Source: Parcubacteria group bacterium
GTDB taxonomy: Bacteria; Patescibacteriota; Minisyncoccia; Phycocordibacterales; Phycocordibacteraceae
Direction: 5' to 3'
NCBI GenBank assembly: GCA_028286525.1
Contig: JAQBRL010000016.1
Span: 17,924-81,923, forward strand
DNA: 64,000 bases
Of this stretch, positions 18,144 through 26,992 are shown piece by piece. A model generated the notes under the pieces. It was not told where the DNA came from. It saw nothing but the letters and a program-made list of their open reading frames with translations, and made no database searches. Position numbers and translations under genes: made by a program. Each line of letters begins with the position of its first letter. Within the stretch, counting starts at the first letter, position 1.

Positions 18144-18994
18144 GTATCCATGTCCCGTTGGGGTAGGTCGTAGAAATGCTGCGCCGTATCATGCAGCTTG
18201 GTGGCGAGAGCGACTCCTATGAAACGCCAATGCCAGGGCTCGTACTGATAGTACGTATTTCCTTTTGGGTAGGAGAGGATGAACCCGTACTTGTACGCGT
18301 TCGCATCGAGCCATATTCCTGCCGGCGAAGTCGCAAAGGCAAGCGACGTGCCTGCGATGCTTTTGGTGGTCAGGTCCACCGCTGTGCCGAGCTGATGCTC
18401 GGAATAGCCCTGATCGGCGGAAAAACGGTTCGAGCCCGAGCCATAGGTTACGGTGTAGCTCGATTTGAGCGTTTTCTGCTCGGCGAACGAACGATAGCCG
18501 GAGAGCGCGACTATGGGAACGCCCGCATCGCTCGCGTCGGTCAGCATGTTCTCTAGGAACGGCTTCACTTTGCTGTGGATCTGCAGATGCCGGCTCGGGT
18601 CGAGCTGATAGAGCGGGTCTATTTCAGAAAGGCTTGAGGGGATGTAGTTCTCATTGAGGAAGTACACTCGCGAATATTTCTGCAGGAGTTCTTTATCGGT
18701 CTGCGAGAGCTTCGTGAGCGTCGTTACGGTACTGGCGATCTGATCGACCTGCGTGCCGAGCGTGAGGTTCTTCTGCACTTGCTCGGCGAGCTGGGCCGAT
18801 AGCTGTTCATTGTCCGCGCGCGTTCGCGCGAGTTCGGTGGCAACCGACGTCTTCGCTGCAGTGGTGCTCGCGAGCTCGCTGCGCGTTTCTCCCAAGCGCG
18901 TGCCCAGCGTATAGGCACCGTATCCGGCTCCGCCCCCTATCACTAGAAGGATGCCGAGGGCGAAGAGGAGTGCACGAGAATCGCCCCGAATCAT
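18119..18994 (-). CDS. M15B (VanY-like) D-Ala-D-Ala carboxypeptidase with N-terminal TM and coiled coil
   Basis: SGYRS, SEHQLGTAVD and YEPWHWRF motifs. Confidence 0.9.
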   Translation of the reverse strand: MIRGDSRALLFALGILLVIGGGAGYGAYTLGTRLGETRSELASTTAAKTSVATELARTRADNEQLSAQLAEQVQKNLTLGTQVDQIASTVTTLTKLSQTDKELLQKYSRVYFLNENYIPSSLSEIDPLYQLDPSRHLQIHSKVKPFLENMLTDASDAGVPIVALSGYRSFAEQKTLKSSYTVTYGSGSNRFSADQGYSEHQLGTAVDLTTKSIAGTSLAFATSPAGIWLDANAYKYGFILSYPKGNTYYQYEPWHWRFIGVALATKLHDTAQHFYDLPQRDMDTYLVSIFD

Positions 18995-19023
18995 GGGGCG
19001 ATTCTAGCATGCATTATGGGTTG

Positions 19024-19614
19024 TTACGCTGCCGCGCTGAAGCGATCCTCGATGACGGTCCAATTCACATTGTCGAGGAAGGCCTCCACGTAGCTCTTCT
19101 TGTCCGCAGGGACGTAGTCGACCATGTAGGCGTGCTCCCACATATCGAGCGCGAGGATGATCGGGAGTCCTGACAGCTGTCCGAGCTGGTGATCGTCTAC
19201 CCATGCGGTATGCAAGGTCTTACCGGGTGCATCGTAGTAGACCACCGTCCAGCCGATACCGCGCGTACCGGCTACCTCCTTGATGTGCGATATGAAATTC
19301 TCGCCGCTTCCGTATTTTTCCGCTGCGGCGAGCGCGAGCGCGGACTTCGGGTCGCCTCCTTTCGTTCCTTCGAATTGCTCGAAGTAATACTCATGCATGC
19401 GCATGCCATCGAACTCGAATCCGAGGCGACGACGCATCTCGGCGATGGCGAATTTTCCGCCCTCGTCGTCCGTCTGTTGGTATGCGGCAATGGTCGCCAT
19501 CAGTAGATTCACGTTCTTCACATATCCTTGGTACAGCGCGAGGTGCACCTCTATCTGTTTCTGCGAAAGGCCCTTGAGTTCCGGTAGATCGAACGTACGT
19601 GCGGTGTAAGTCAT
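19024..19614 (-). CDS. Fe/Mn superoxide dismutase family protein
   Basis: LDMWEHAY and MHEYYF motifs. Confidence 0.85.
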   Translation of the reverse strand: MTYTARTFDLPELKGLSQKQIEVHLALYQGYVKNVNLLMATIAAYQQTDDEGGKFAIAEMRRRLGFEFDGMRMHEYYFEQFEGTKGGDPKSALALAAAEKYGSGENFISHIKEVAGTRGIGWTVVYYDAPGKTLHTAWVDDHQLGQLSGLPIILALDMWEHAYMVDYVPADKKSYVEAFLDNVNWTVIEDRFSAAA

Positions 19615-19665
19615 ATAGGTCCAGTATACCAAGAGCATCTAAAGGTACGATGATATGCTTTTGGC

Positions 19666-19935
19666 ATGGAAAGCCTTAATCTGTCCGAACAGGAAAAACG
19701 AAGGTCCGCCGCGCGCCAACAGCTTCGTAATGAATTACAGGCGAAAATGATGAGCAAGGCGTTTCCGAAAAGCTCCGAACCGATACGGGAGTGGTTATCC
19801 GAGGAGGAAGGGCCCGCACTTGCGCAGCGGTTCGGGGACTGGTTCGACAAAACAGGAGGAGTGGGCGTTGACCCCGCGCGAGAAGAAGATATTACGGCGC
19901 TCCTCCGAGAGTTGCAGGGCCCGACCGTCCACTAG
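19666..19935 (+). CDS. Hypothetical protein
   Basis: Intergenic ORF with TATGCT -10 box 6 nt upstream. Confidence 0.6.
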   Translation: MESLNLSEQEKRRSAARQQLRNELQAKMMSKAFPKSSEPIREWLSEEEGPALAQRFGDWFDKTGGVGVDPAREEDITALLRELQGPTVH

Positions 19936-20023
19936 CCCCAATAGAACGGCGTATTCACGCCCGCTTCAGCAACGATGACGTTATATGAATACGTTATCCG
20001 GAACTAAACTTCGTTATCTTTCT

Positions 20024-20284
20024 ATGGCAACCGTCATCAACAATCCGAACACTGACACCCCGTCTTCCAGCGGGGGCTGGGGAGTCGCTATCATCATTCT
20101 CGCTATTATCGTGCTCGGCCTCCTCGCGTTCTTCGTCTTCGGACGGGGTACGGCTTCGGGAGGTGCAGGAACGACGCAGGTGAATATCCCGGTCAGCACT
20201 GGCTCGGGTGCAGGCACGGCTCCGGCACCCACGGGCGGCTCGGCAGGAGCAGGCACCGGTGGTGCGGCAGCAACCGGCTATTAA
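20024..20284 (+). CDS. Small single-TM protein with Gly/Ala/Thr-rich tail
   Basis: MATVINNP...WGVAIIILAIIVLGLLAFFVF; followed by a terminator. Confidence 0.7.
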   Translation: MATVINNPNTDTPSSSGGWGVAIIILAIIVLGLLAFFVFGRGTASGGAGTTQVNIPVSTGSGAGTAPAPTGGSAGAGTGGAAATGY

Positions 20285-20316
20285 AAAGAAAGGCCCCGTA
20301 CGGGGCCTTTCTTTTT
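20284..20316. terminator. Bidirectional intrinsic terminator
   Basis: AAAAGAAAGGCCCC-gtac-GGGGCCTTTCTTTTT between convergent genes. Confidence 0.85.
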
Positions 20317-20329
20317 AACGAGCGCTTGA

Positions 20330-21226
20330 TTACAAGTTTCCGCAGAACGGGTTCGCTGCCTTGTGCACTTCGAAGTGCAGGTGATTACCGGTCGATTTAC
20401 CGGTAGTACCGACATATCCGATGAGGTCGCCCTTACTGACGCTCGTGCCTTCGGAAGTACCGAGACGCGACATGTGTCCGTAGAGTGTTTGCGTACCGTT
20501 GGGATGATTGATGACGACGTAGTTACCGAAACCGCCATTCCAGCCCATACGCGCGATGATGACGGAACCGCTTGCAGCAGCATATATAGGTGTGCCGGAC
20601 GGTGCGCCGATGTCGACACCGTTATTATCATGGATTCCTTGGGTGCAGATGCCGCCGGGAAGCGGATTCGAGAACCCGCCGACGCTCGGAAGGCTGACGC
20701 TTCGCTTGGTGGTGGTGGTGGTCTTGGCTTTCACCGTGGCTGCGGGTGCAGCAGCAGGTTCGCCATCAGGAATGATGACCTTAGCGCCGATGGTGAGGCC
20801 TTCGCCGTCCGCCAGTCCATTGATAGCGATGATGTCCTGCGGGTCGCCGCCGTATTTCTTGGCAAGCGAGGCAACGGTCTCTCCCTTCGTGACCGTATGC
20901 TCGATACCGGTTACTGGAAGTATGACCAGAGTGCTCCCCGGCTTAAGCGCGCTTTTTGCGGTGAGGTTGTTCGCCCAGAGAACCGTATTCACTGAAATGC
21001 CGTTCTTGCTGGCGATGGAAGAGTACGTATCGCCGTCCACCACCGTATAGGTGCTGATCTCGCCGCCCGAGCTTCCATGATGTACGTCTGCGATGGTGCC
21101 ATCGGGGCCAGAATTGGCCATAAGGGCGGATCCTTCGGAAAGGGGCACGCTCGAATCGCCCTTTTCGGGGTTCGGGTCGGGATTCACCGCAGCCTCCAGC
21201 AGCGGCAGGCTCACGTCATGGACCAA
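20330..21226 (-). CDS. LysM + M23 peptidoglycan endopeptidase (frame extends upstream to 21436)
   Basis: Two LysM domains; HDNNGVD, YGHM and STGNHLHFEV motifs; upstream in-frame signal-peptide-like segment lacks ATG/GTG/TTG. Confidence 0.88.
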   Translation of the reverse strand: MVHDVSLPLLEAAVNPDPNPEKGDSSVPLSEGSALMANSGPDGTIADVHHGSSGGEISTYTVVDGDTYSSIASKNGISVNTVLWANNLTAKSALKPGSTLVILPVTGIEHTVTKGETVASLAKKYGGDPQDIIAINGLADGEGLTIGAKVIIPDGEPAAAPAATVKAKTTTTTKRSVSLPSVGGFSNPLPGGICTQGIHDNNGVDIGAPSGTPIYAAASGSVIIARMGWNGGFGNYVVINHPNGTQTLYGHMSRLGTSEGTSVSKGDLIGYVGTTGKSTGNHLHFEVHKAANPFCGNL

Positions 21227-21652
21227 AGGCGGAGTACCGCCCGGGTTCGCAGCTTGAGCGCTAGCAAAAAACGGCCAAAACGCGCTGGTTGCGATAGGGA
21301 AGGCGAGGAGAGAAGCACCAGCTACGATAGCTGCGAGGGCGGTGAAACCAGTGGCCAGATCTGCGTTCCGATTCTGCGCACGATTTGATGAATCGGAAGG
21401 GTTTTGAGGGTTCGAAATAAGGGGGGCGATGGAACTTCAGACAATCTTCAGGATACAAAAATGGCTTACATAGGCCATCTCTTGAGTTTCAGAGTATCAA
21501 GTGACCTGGCCAGTATACCCTGGGAGGTGCCTCGGTCAACGGGTTGACAAAGCACCTGTTGAAAGCATGAAAAATTGACATATGTCAATAAAACATGCCG
21601 TAATGTAGCCTCACAATAGGCCCATAAGACCCCATCACGGTATAGTGAACTG

Positions 21653-23575
21653 ATGCGGTACCTTGAGGGACTCAACGAACGACAGAAGGAGGCGGTCCTC
21701 TCCACTGAAGGGCCGATTTCGGTCCTGGCCGGAGCAGGCTCGGGCAAGACCCGAGTGCTCACTACCCGCATTTTCCACCTCCTGCGGGAAGGAACGCCGC
21801 CAGAGAAGATACTGGCGGTCACCTTCACCAATAAGGCCGCCCGCGAGATGCGGGAACGCCTCGCGCTCCTGGTGGGGGACGGACCCTTGCCCTTGGTGGC
21901 CACCTTTCATGGGCTCGGAAGGGAACTCCTGCAGAGCTATGGGCGGGTCATCGGCGTCCCGCGCTATTTCAGCGTCTACGATCGGGATGATTCCGAACGC
22001 GCGATCAAGGACGCGCTCAAGGAGATGGATATCGACCCGAAAGAAGTGCCTCCGCGACAGATACTTTCACGCATTAGCAAAGCGAAAGGAGAAGGGATGA
22101 CCGCCCAGAGCTTCAAGGAGAAGCACGGAGGCGAAGGGTTCCGCTCGCGTATCGCGTCGGAAGCGTGGCTGAAGTACGATGCCACGCTCGAGAAGGAGAA
22201 GGCACTCGACTTTGACGACCTCATTTCCAAACCCGTGCACCTCTTCGAGGCGCATCCGGAAATGCGCGCGCTCGTGCAAGAACGATTCAGCCACATCCAT
22301 GTGGATGAGTATCAAGACACGAACGAACTGCAAGGACGTCTCGCGAACATGCTCGCCCACAAGCATCGCAATCTTTTCGTGGTGGGCGATATCGATCAGA
22401 CCATCTATACGTGGCGGGGGGCGACTATCGAGAACCTGCTTTCGTTCGATGAAACGTATCCGGAAGCGAAGACCATCGTGCTCGAGCATAACTATCGTTC
22501 GACGAAGACCATCGTCGCCGCGAGCAATGCGATCATCGAGAAGAATAAGAACCGGAAAGAGAAGCGTGCGGTGACGGATAATCCGGACGGCCACCCGATA
22601 CGATTGCACGTATCCGATACCGCCGAAGAAGAAGCGCGCTTCATCGCACGGCAGGCACGGCAGTTCATGCGGGAGGGGATGGTGCCGGAAGAGATCGCCG
22701 TGCTGTACCGTACCAATTTCCAATCACGCGTGCTCGAAGAGGCGTTTCTTGCGCAGGGCATACCGTACCGCCTTTTAGGTACGCGTTTTCTCGACCGCAA
22801 AGAAGTGAAGGATGTCATCGCGTGGGTCAGGCTCGCGCTTGAGCCCGCTCGCGAAAGCGACCGCGTGCGCGCCGTGCAAGCGCCCCCGCGCGGCATCGGA
22901 AAAGTAACGGTAGCGAAGATAGCCGCCGGAAAAACAGAAGGACTGCCGGCGGCCGTGCGCGCGAAAGTCGATGCATTCGAATCGCTCGTGCAAACGCTGC
23001 ACGAAGAAAGCAAGTCGGCCGCGCCTTCTGCATTCGTCAGGCGCGTCATCCAACTCTCGGGACTCGAGGACGCGCTGGCCAAGGGCGGAGAAGACGATCA
23101 GGAACGACTCGAGAATGCGAAGGAGCTCGCGACGCTCGCGAGCCGCTACGACCACGTGCCCGGAGAAGAGGGCATCGCCGCATTCCTTGCGGACACCGCA
23201 CTCGCCGGCGATCAAGACGAGCTCGACCGTCCCCAAACGAACGAGAAGAATAAAAAAGGCGTGACGCTCATGACCGTGCATGCCGCGAAGGGTCTCGAGT
23301 TCGATGCGGTCTTCGTGACCGGACTTGAAGAAGGCCTCTTCCCGCACGAAGGCATGAATCAGGAAGAGGAACGCGACGAGGAAGAGGAGCGCCGTCTTTT
23401 CTATGTCGCCATGACCCGCGCGAAGCACCACCTCGTGCTCACCATGGCGCGCGTCCGTCGTATATACGGAACGGATTATCTTTCGGAACCGTCCACCTTC
23501 CTGCACGATATCGACCCGGGACTCATGCAGGTCAATTATGGCGAAGAGGAGCACGAGGATATCATCCACATATAA
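21653..23575 (+). CDS. pcrA: UvrD/PcrA DNA helicase
   Basis: AGAGSGKT, VDEYQDTN, HAAKGLEF and EERRLFYVAMTRA motifs. Confidence 0.93.
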   Translation: MRYLEGLNERQKEAVLSTEGPISVLAGAGSGKTRVLTTRIFHLLREGTPPEKILAVTFTNKAAREMRERLALLVGDGPLPLVATFHGLGRELLQSYGRVIGVPRYFSVYDRDDSERAIKDALKEMDIDPKEVPPRQILSRISKAKGEGMTAQSFKEKHGGEGFRSRIASEAWLKYDATLEKEKALDFDDLISKPVHLFEAHPEMRALVQERFSHIHVDEYQDTNELQGRLANMLAHKHRNLFVVGDIDQTIYTWRGATIENLLSFDETYPEAKTIVLEHNYRSTKTIVAASNAIIEKNKNRKEKRAVTDNPDGHPIRLHVSDTAEEEARFIARQARQFMREGMVPEEIAVLYRTNFQSRVLEEAFLAQGIPYRLLGTRFLDRKEVKDVIAWVRLALEPARESDRVRAVQAPPRGIGKVTVAKIAAGKTEGLPAAVRAKVDAFESLVQTLHEESKSAAPSAFVRRVIQLSGLEDALAKGGEDDQERLENAKELATLASRYDHVPGEEGIAAFLADTALAGDQDELDRPQTNEKNKKGVTLMTVHAAKGLEFDAVFVTGLEEGLFPHEGMNQEEERDEEEERRLFYVAMTRAKHHLVLTMARVRRIYGTDYLSEPSTFLHDIDPGLMQVNYGEEEHEDIIHI

Positions 23576-23579
23576 AAGT

Positions 23580-24356
23580 ATGCAGGCGAAACAAGCTCTC
23601 GGCCAGAACTTCCTCATGCACCAAGCCACCGCCGACCGCATCGCGGACGCCGCCGGCCTTCGCAAGGATTCGGTCGTGCTCGAGATAGGGCCCGGTACCG
23701 GCATGCTCACCCGTTCGCTTCTCGCTCGAGCAGGGAAGGTCATCGCAGTGGAAGCCGACAGGGAATTGATAGCGCCGCTGCGGGAAGCATTTGAAACCCC
23801 GCTTGGTACTGGCGCTCTTGAGATACGAGAAGGGGACATCCGCAGCTTCGATCTCGGGACGCTCCCCTCTGGATACGTAGTCGTAGCGAATATACCGTAT
23901 TACATAACCGGAGAGATCATTCGCACCCTTCTCACCGCACGAAACAAGGCCGCAGCAGTCACGCTACTCGTCCAGAAGGAGGTCGCGGAGCGCATCGTAC
24001 GCAGCCGGAAAGAGAGCCTGCTTTCGCTCTCGGTAAAAGCGTACGGAACGCCGAGCTACAAATTCACCGTGCCACGAGGGTCTTTTCGTCCCGCGCCGAA
24101 CGTGGATTCTGCCGTGCTCCATGTTGCGGATATACAGCCACCTTTCGAGAACGAGACTCTAGAAGCTCGGTTTTTCGAGGTTCTGCATGCGGGGTTCGCC
24201 CATAAGCGCAAGCGGCTCGCGAAGAATCTGGAAGCACTTGCGCCTGCGGAAATGATCGCGCGTGCGTTTTCAGAAACCGGGCTGGATGTGAATGCACGCG
24301 CGGAGGATATTCCGCTTTCTACCTGGAAACAGCTGGTGGGGATACTCGGGGGATAA
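23580..24356 (+). CDS. rsmA: 16S rRNA m6,2A dimethyltransferase
   Basis: LGQNFL, EIGPGTG, ANIPYYIT and PAPNVDSAV motifs. Confidence 0.95.
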   Translation: MQAKQALGQNFLMHQATADRIADAAGLRKDSVVLEIGPGTGMLTRSLLARAGKVIAVEADRELIAPLREAFETPLGTGALEIREGDIRSFDLGTLPSGYVVVANIPYYITGEIIRTLLTARNKAAAVTLLVQKEVAERIVRSRKESLLSLSVKAYGTPSYKFTVPRGSFRPAPNVDSAVLHVADIQPPFENETLEARFFEVLHAGFAHKRKRLAKNLEALAPAEMIARAFSETGLDVNARAEDIPLSTWKQLVGILGG

Positions 24357-24389
24357 GCTCGGGATAGCGAGTGGAAAAACTGTGCACAA
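24337..24389. promoter_or_regulatory. Array of five degenerate DnaA-box-like 9-mers at 11-bp period
   Basis: TGGGGATAC, GGGGGATAA, TCGGGATAG, AGTGGAAAA, TGTGCACAA; 25/31 identical to the oriC array at 39737-39767. Confidence 0.5.
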
Positions 24390-24454
24390 TGCACAGCCGC
24401 ACTCATCAGTTACTCATGAAATAGCGCCTGCGTGCTACTATTTTTGTACGTACT

Positions 24455-25453
24455 GTGGCTTATTCTCATCGCACCACTCTCATCATCATCGCATCGACCG
24501 TTTCGGTTGCGCTCATGGTCGTCGCGGTCCTCACTTCGGGCCCTCTGCCCTTCCATCTGCAGAAAGTCGACGCCGCATCTACCCATGATCTGCTCGTTTC
24601 GTACGCCGCCAAGGACACGGATGGCGACGTTCTTCCCGACTGGGAAGAGGCTCTCTACGGGACGGACCCTAATAACCCGCACAGCGTAAGCGCCACGGTC
24701 ACCGACGGCCAGGCCGTCGCTCAAGGCCTCGTCAAGCCGAAATTCGCAAGCGCGACCACCACGCCGGTTAGCGTCGCAAGCATCCCGGGTACGGATTCAG
24801 GACCCCAGACCCTTACCGACCAGTTCGCGCGCGGTCTCTTCTCGCAATATCTTTCGAAACAGGACCCTAACAATCCACCCACCCCCGAAGCGATAGCGAC
24901 GTTCGTCGAGGGAGCGGTGAATGACTTCGTGAATTCGCAGCAGATCCCGGACGCGTACAATCGGGGGCAAGTGCAAGTCGTGGGCAGTGGCCCGGATGCA
25001 CTCTTGAGCTACGCCGCCAGCGCCGAGAATGTGTTCGCTGCACACACCGTCGCTACCGATAGAGGCGAGCTTGAGTACTATGCCGACGCGGTAGAGAAGA
25101 ACGACCTGACCGCACTCGCCCAAGTTAAGAAAATAGGTGCCGCGTATACCGCCATCGCCAAGGGCTACATCGCGGTCCCGGTACCGAAGGAAGCTGCAAC
25201 GCCGCATCTTGCGGTGGCGAACGCGCTTGCGCGACTTGGAAGCGACATTACTGATATGAGCACCATGCAGAGCGACCCGCTTCGCTCCTATCTCGGCCTC
25301 GCCAAGTATGAAATCGATGCTCCGGCTTTCGTACAAGCCATGACTTCGCTTGAGGGTGTCTATGCGAGCGAGCAGGTGGTGGTGCCTTCCGGTACCGGAG
25401 GCTCTTCCTTCTACAGCGCCATGGTGAGCGCCTCCACAGTTACAACGCCATGA
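24455..25453 (+). CDS. Membrane-anchored hypothetical protein with a DTDGD calcium-binding-like motif
   Basis: N-terminal TM helix and KDTDGDVLPDWEEALYGTDP. Confidence 0.75.
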   Translation: MAYSHRTTLIIIASTVSVALMVVAVLTSGPLPFHLQKVDAASTHDLLVSYAAKDTDGDVLPDWEEALYGTDPNNPHSVSATVTDGQAVAQGLVKPKFASATTTPVSVASIPGTDSGPQTLTDQFARGLFSQYLSKQDPNNPPTPEAIATFVEGAVNDFVNSQQIPDAYNRGQVQVVGSGPDALLSYAASAENVFAAHTVATDRGELEYYADAVEKNDLTALAQVKKIGAAYTAIAKGYIAVPVPKEAATPHLAVANALARLGSDITDMSTMQSDPLRSYLGLAKYEIDAPAFVQAMTSLEGVYASEQVVVPSGTGGSSFYSAMVSASTVTTP

Positions 25454-26988
25454 GTTGGTCCCGACCCATCGTTTCGTTGCTTCTCATAAGTATCTTCGCG
25501 ACGAGCGGCGTGATGATCCAGCCCCGAGCAGTCTACGCTCAACAAATCGTCCATGACCCCATAAGTCATGTGACGGGTTTGGCTGATCTCGCAAAAAATA
25601 CGATCACCTCGGCGAAAAGCATCATTACGGGAGCGGCGTCTGCAAAAATTCTCACGAATCCTATCTTCTATCGCATTGCGCAAGCTGCTATTCAATCCAT
25701 GGTGAAGAGTACGGTCAATTGGATAAACTCCGGCTTCCAAGGGTCGCCCGCGTACGCAACGAACCTTTCGGGTACCCTGCAGGACGCTGCGGATGTCGCA
25801 GCGAAGCAGTTCGTGGGGCAGCTCGCGACCCAGTCGGGGATTAAGTCTCCTTTCAGCGATAAGGTGTCGCAGACCATTCTCTCCACCCATTATCTTTCAA
25901 CCTCGCGAGATGGATTCGCGCTCCTGAATCCGTACACCTTGAACAAAGTGAGCTCGAATGATGCAGCGTTCCTGAGAGGGGATATCAGTCAGGGCGGATT
26001 CCAAGCATGGTTCGCGACCGTACTTAATCCGCAGAATAATCCTATCGGAGCAAGCAATCTTGCTCAAAATGAACTGAATAAGCGCGTAGCCTCCGCGGTA
26101 GGCCAAGTACACGAGGAACTGGGCTGGGGAAACGGATTCTTCTCGTTCCGCACCTGCGATAAGCCGGCACCCGCTTCGAGTGCGTCATGCCCAGCGGGCA
26201 CTATAGATACTGGCGATGGGTCAGGCTGCCAGGCAGGGTCTGGTGCTCCCGTGAGCTTAAGCCAGAATAGTTCATGCCTTTCAAGCAGTATTAAAACGCC
26301 CGGTTCGGTCATTGCAGGGTCCCTTAACCACACGCTCGGATTGGGAGCCGACTCACTGGTTCAAGCGAAAGATTTCGATGAAATAGTGAATGCACTCATG
26401 GGGCAGCTCTTGAATAATGTTCTTGGGAGTTCGGGTCTCGGCGGACTTTCAAAGGGATCGACCGCAACGGGCGGACGAGCCTATTTCAATCAACCAACGA
26501 GCAGTAATACGAGCGCGAGCGTATCGGCAGTAAGTACTTTTACGCAGCTGCTTGATCAGCAAACTACCGCGCTGCAGGAATACCTCACGAACTGGCAGAG
26601 TGTCGGCGCTGCTGCGAACGCTGCGAAGACCGCACTCACGGCGAGTACGTGCGTACCCGGGGCAGCGAATATCGTCACCACGCAAGTCCAGCCGGTCATT
26701 ACGCAAGCAGCCACCGCCGTCGGTACTGTGCCGAACGCCCTGAACGCCATCGATAAGATACGCTCGGCTGCGCTCGGAGCGGCCACTGCCGACACCAGCA
26801 CCCAGACCACAGTGCTCCAGCAAGCGTCCGCCGATTACGCTGACCTTCTCGCTTCGAGCGCCTTCCCGAGCCTGAACGATTTCACGAACGCCGCCGCGCA
26901 GAGTACGGACACCACCGGCACCGGCCTTTCTCCTTCCCTTCTCGACCAGATGAATCAACTCACCGCGCAGGCGAAGTGCGGCCATTAA
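25450..26988 (+). CDS. Secreted hypothetical protein of the T4SS-like cluster
   Basis: Signal peptide (AVYA|QQ), Cys-containing insert, ATGA overlap with the previous gene. Confidence 0.75.
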   Translation: MSWSRPIVSLLLISIFATSGVMIQPRAVYAQQIVHDPISHVTGLADLAKNTITSAKSIITGAASAKILTNPIFYRIAQAAIQSMVKSTVNWINSGFQGSPAYATNLSGTLQDAADVAAKQFVGQLATQSGIKSPFSDKVSQTILSTHYLSTSRDGFALLNPYTLNKVSSNDAAFLRGDISQGGFQAWFATVLNPQNNPIGASNLAQNELNKRVASAVGQVHEELGWGNGFFSFRTCDKPAPASSASCPAGTIDTGDGSGCQAGSGAPVSLSQNSSCLSSSIKTPGSVIAGSLNHTLGLGADSLVQAKDFDEIVNALMGQLLNNVLGSSGLGGLSKGSTATGGRAYFNQPTSSNTSASVSAVSTFTQLLDQQTTALQEYLTNWQSVGAAANAAKTALTASTCVPGAANIVTTQVQPVITQAATAVGTVPNALNAIDKIRSAALGAATADTSTQTTVLQQASADYADLLASSAFPSLNDFTNAAAQSTDTTGTGLSPSLLDQMNQLTAQAKCGH

Positions 26989-26992
26989 ATCT

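Noticed and set aside
21437-21510. Known riboswitch (e.g. c-di-AMP) in the M23 gene leader
   Set aside because: I could not find the consensus elements by eye
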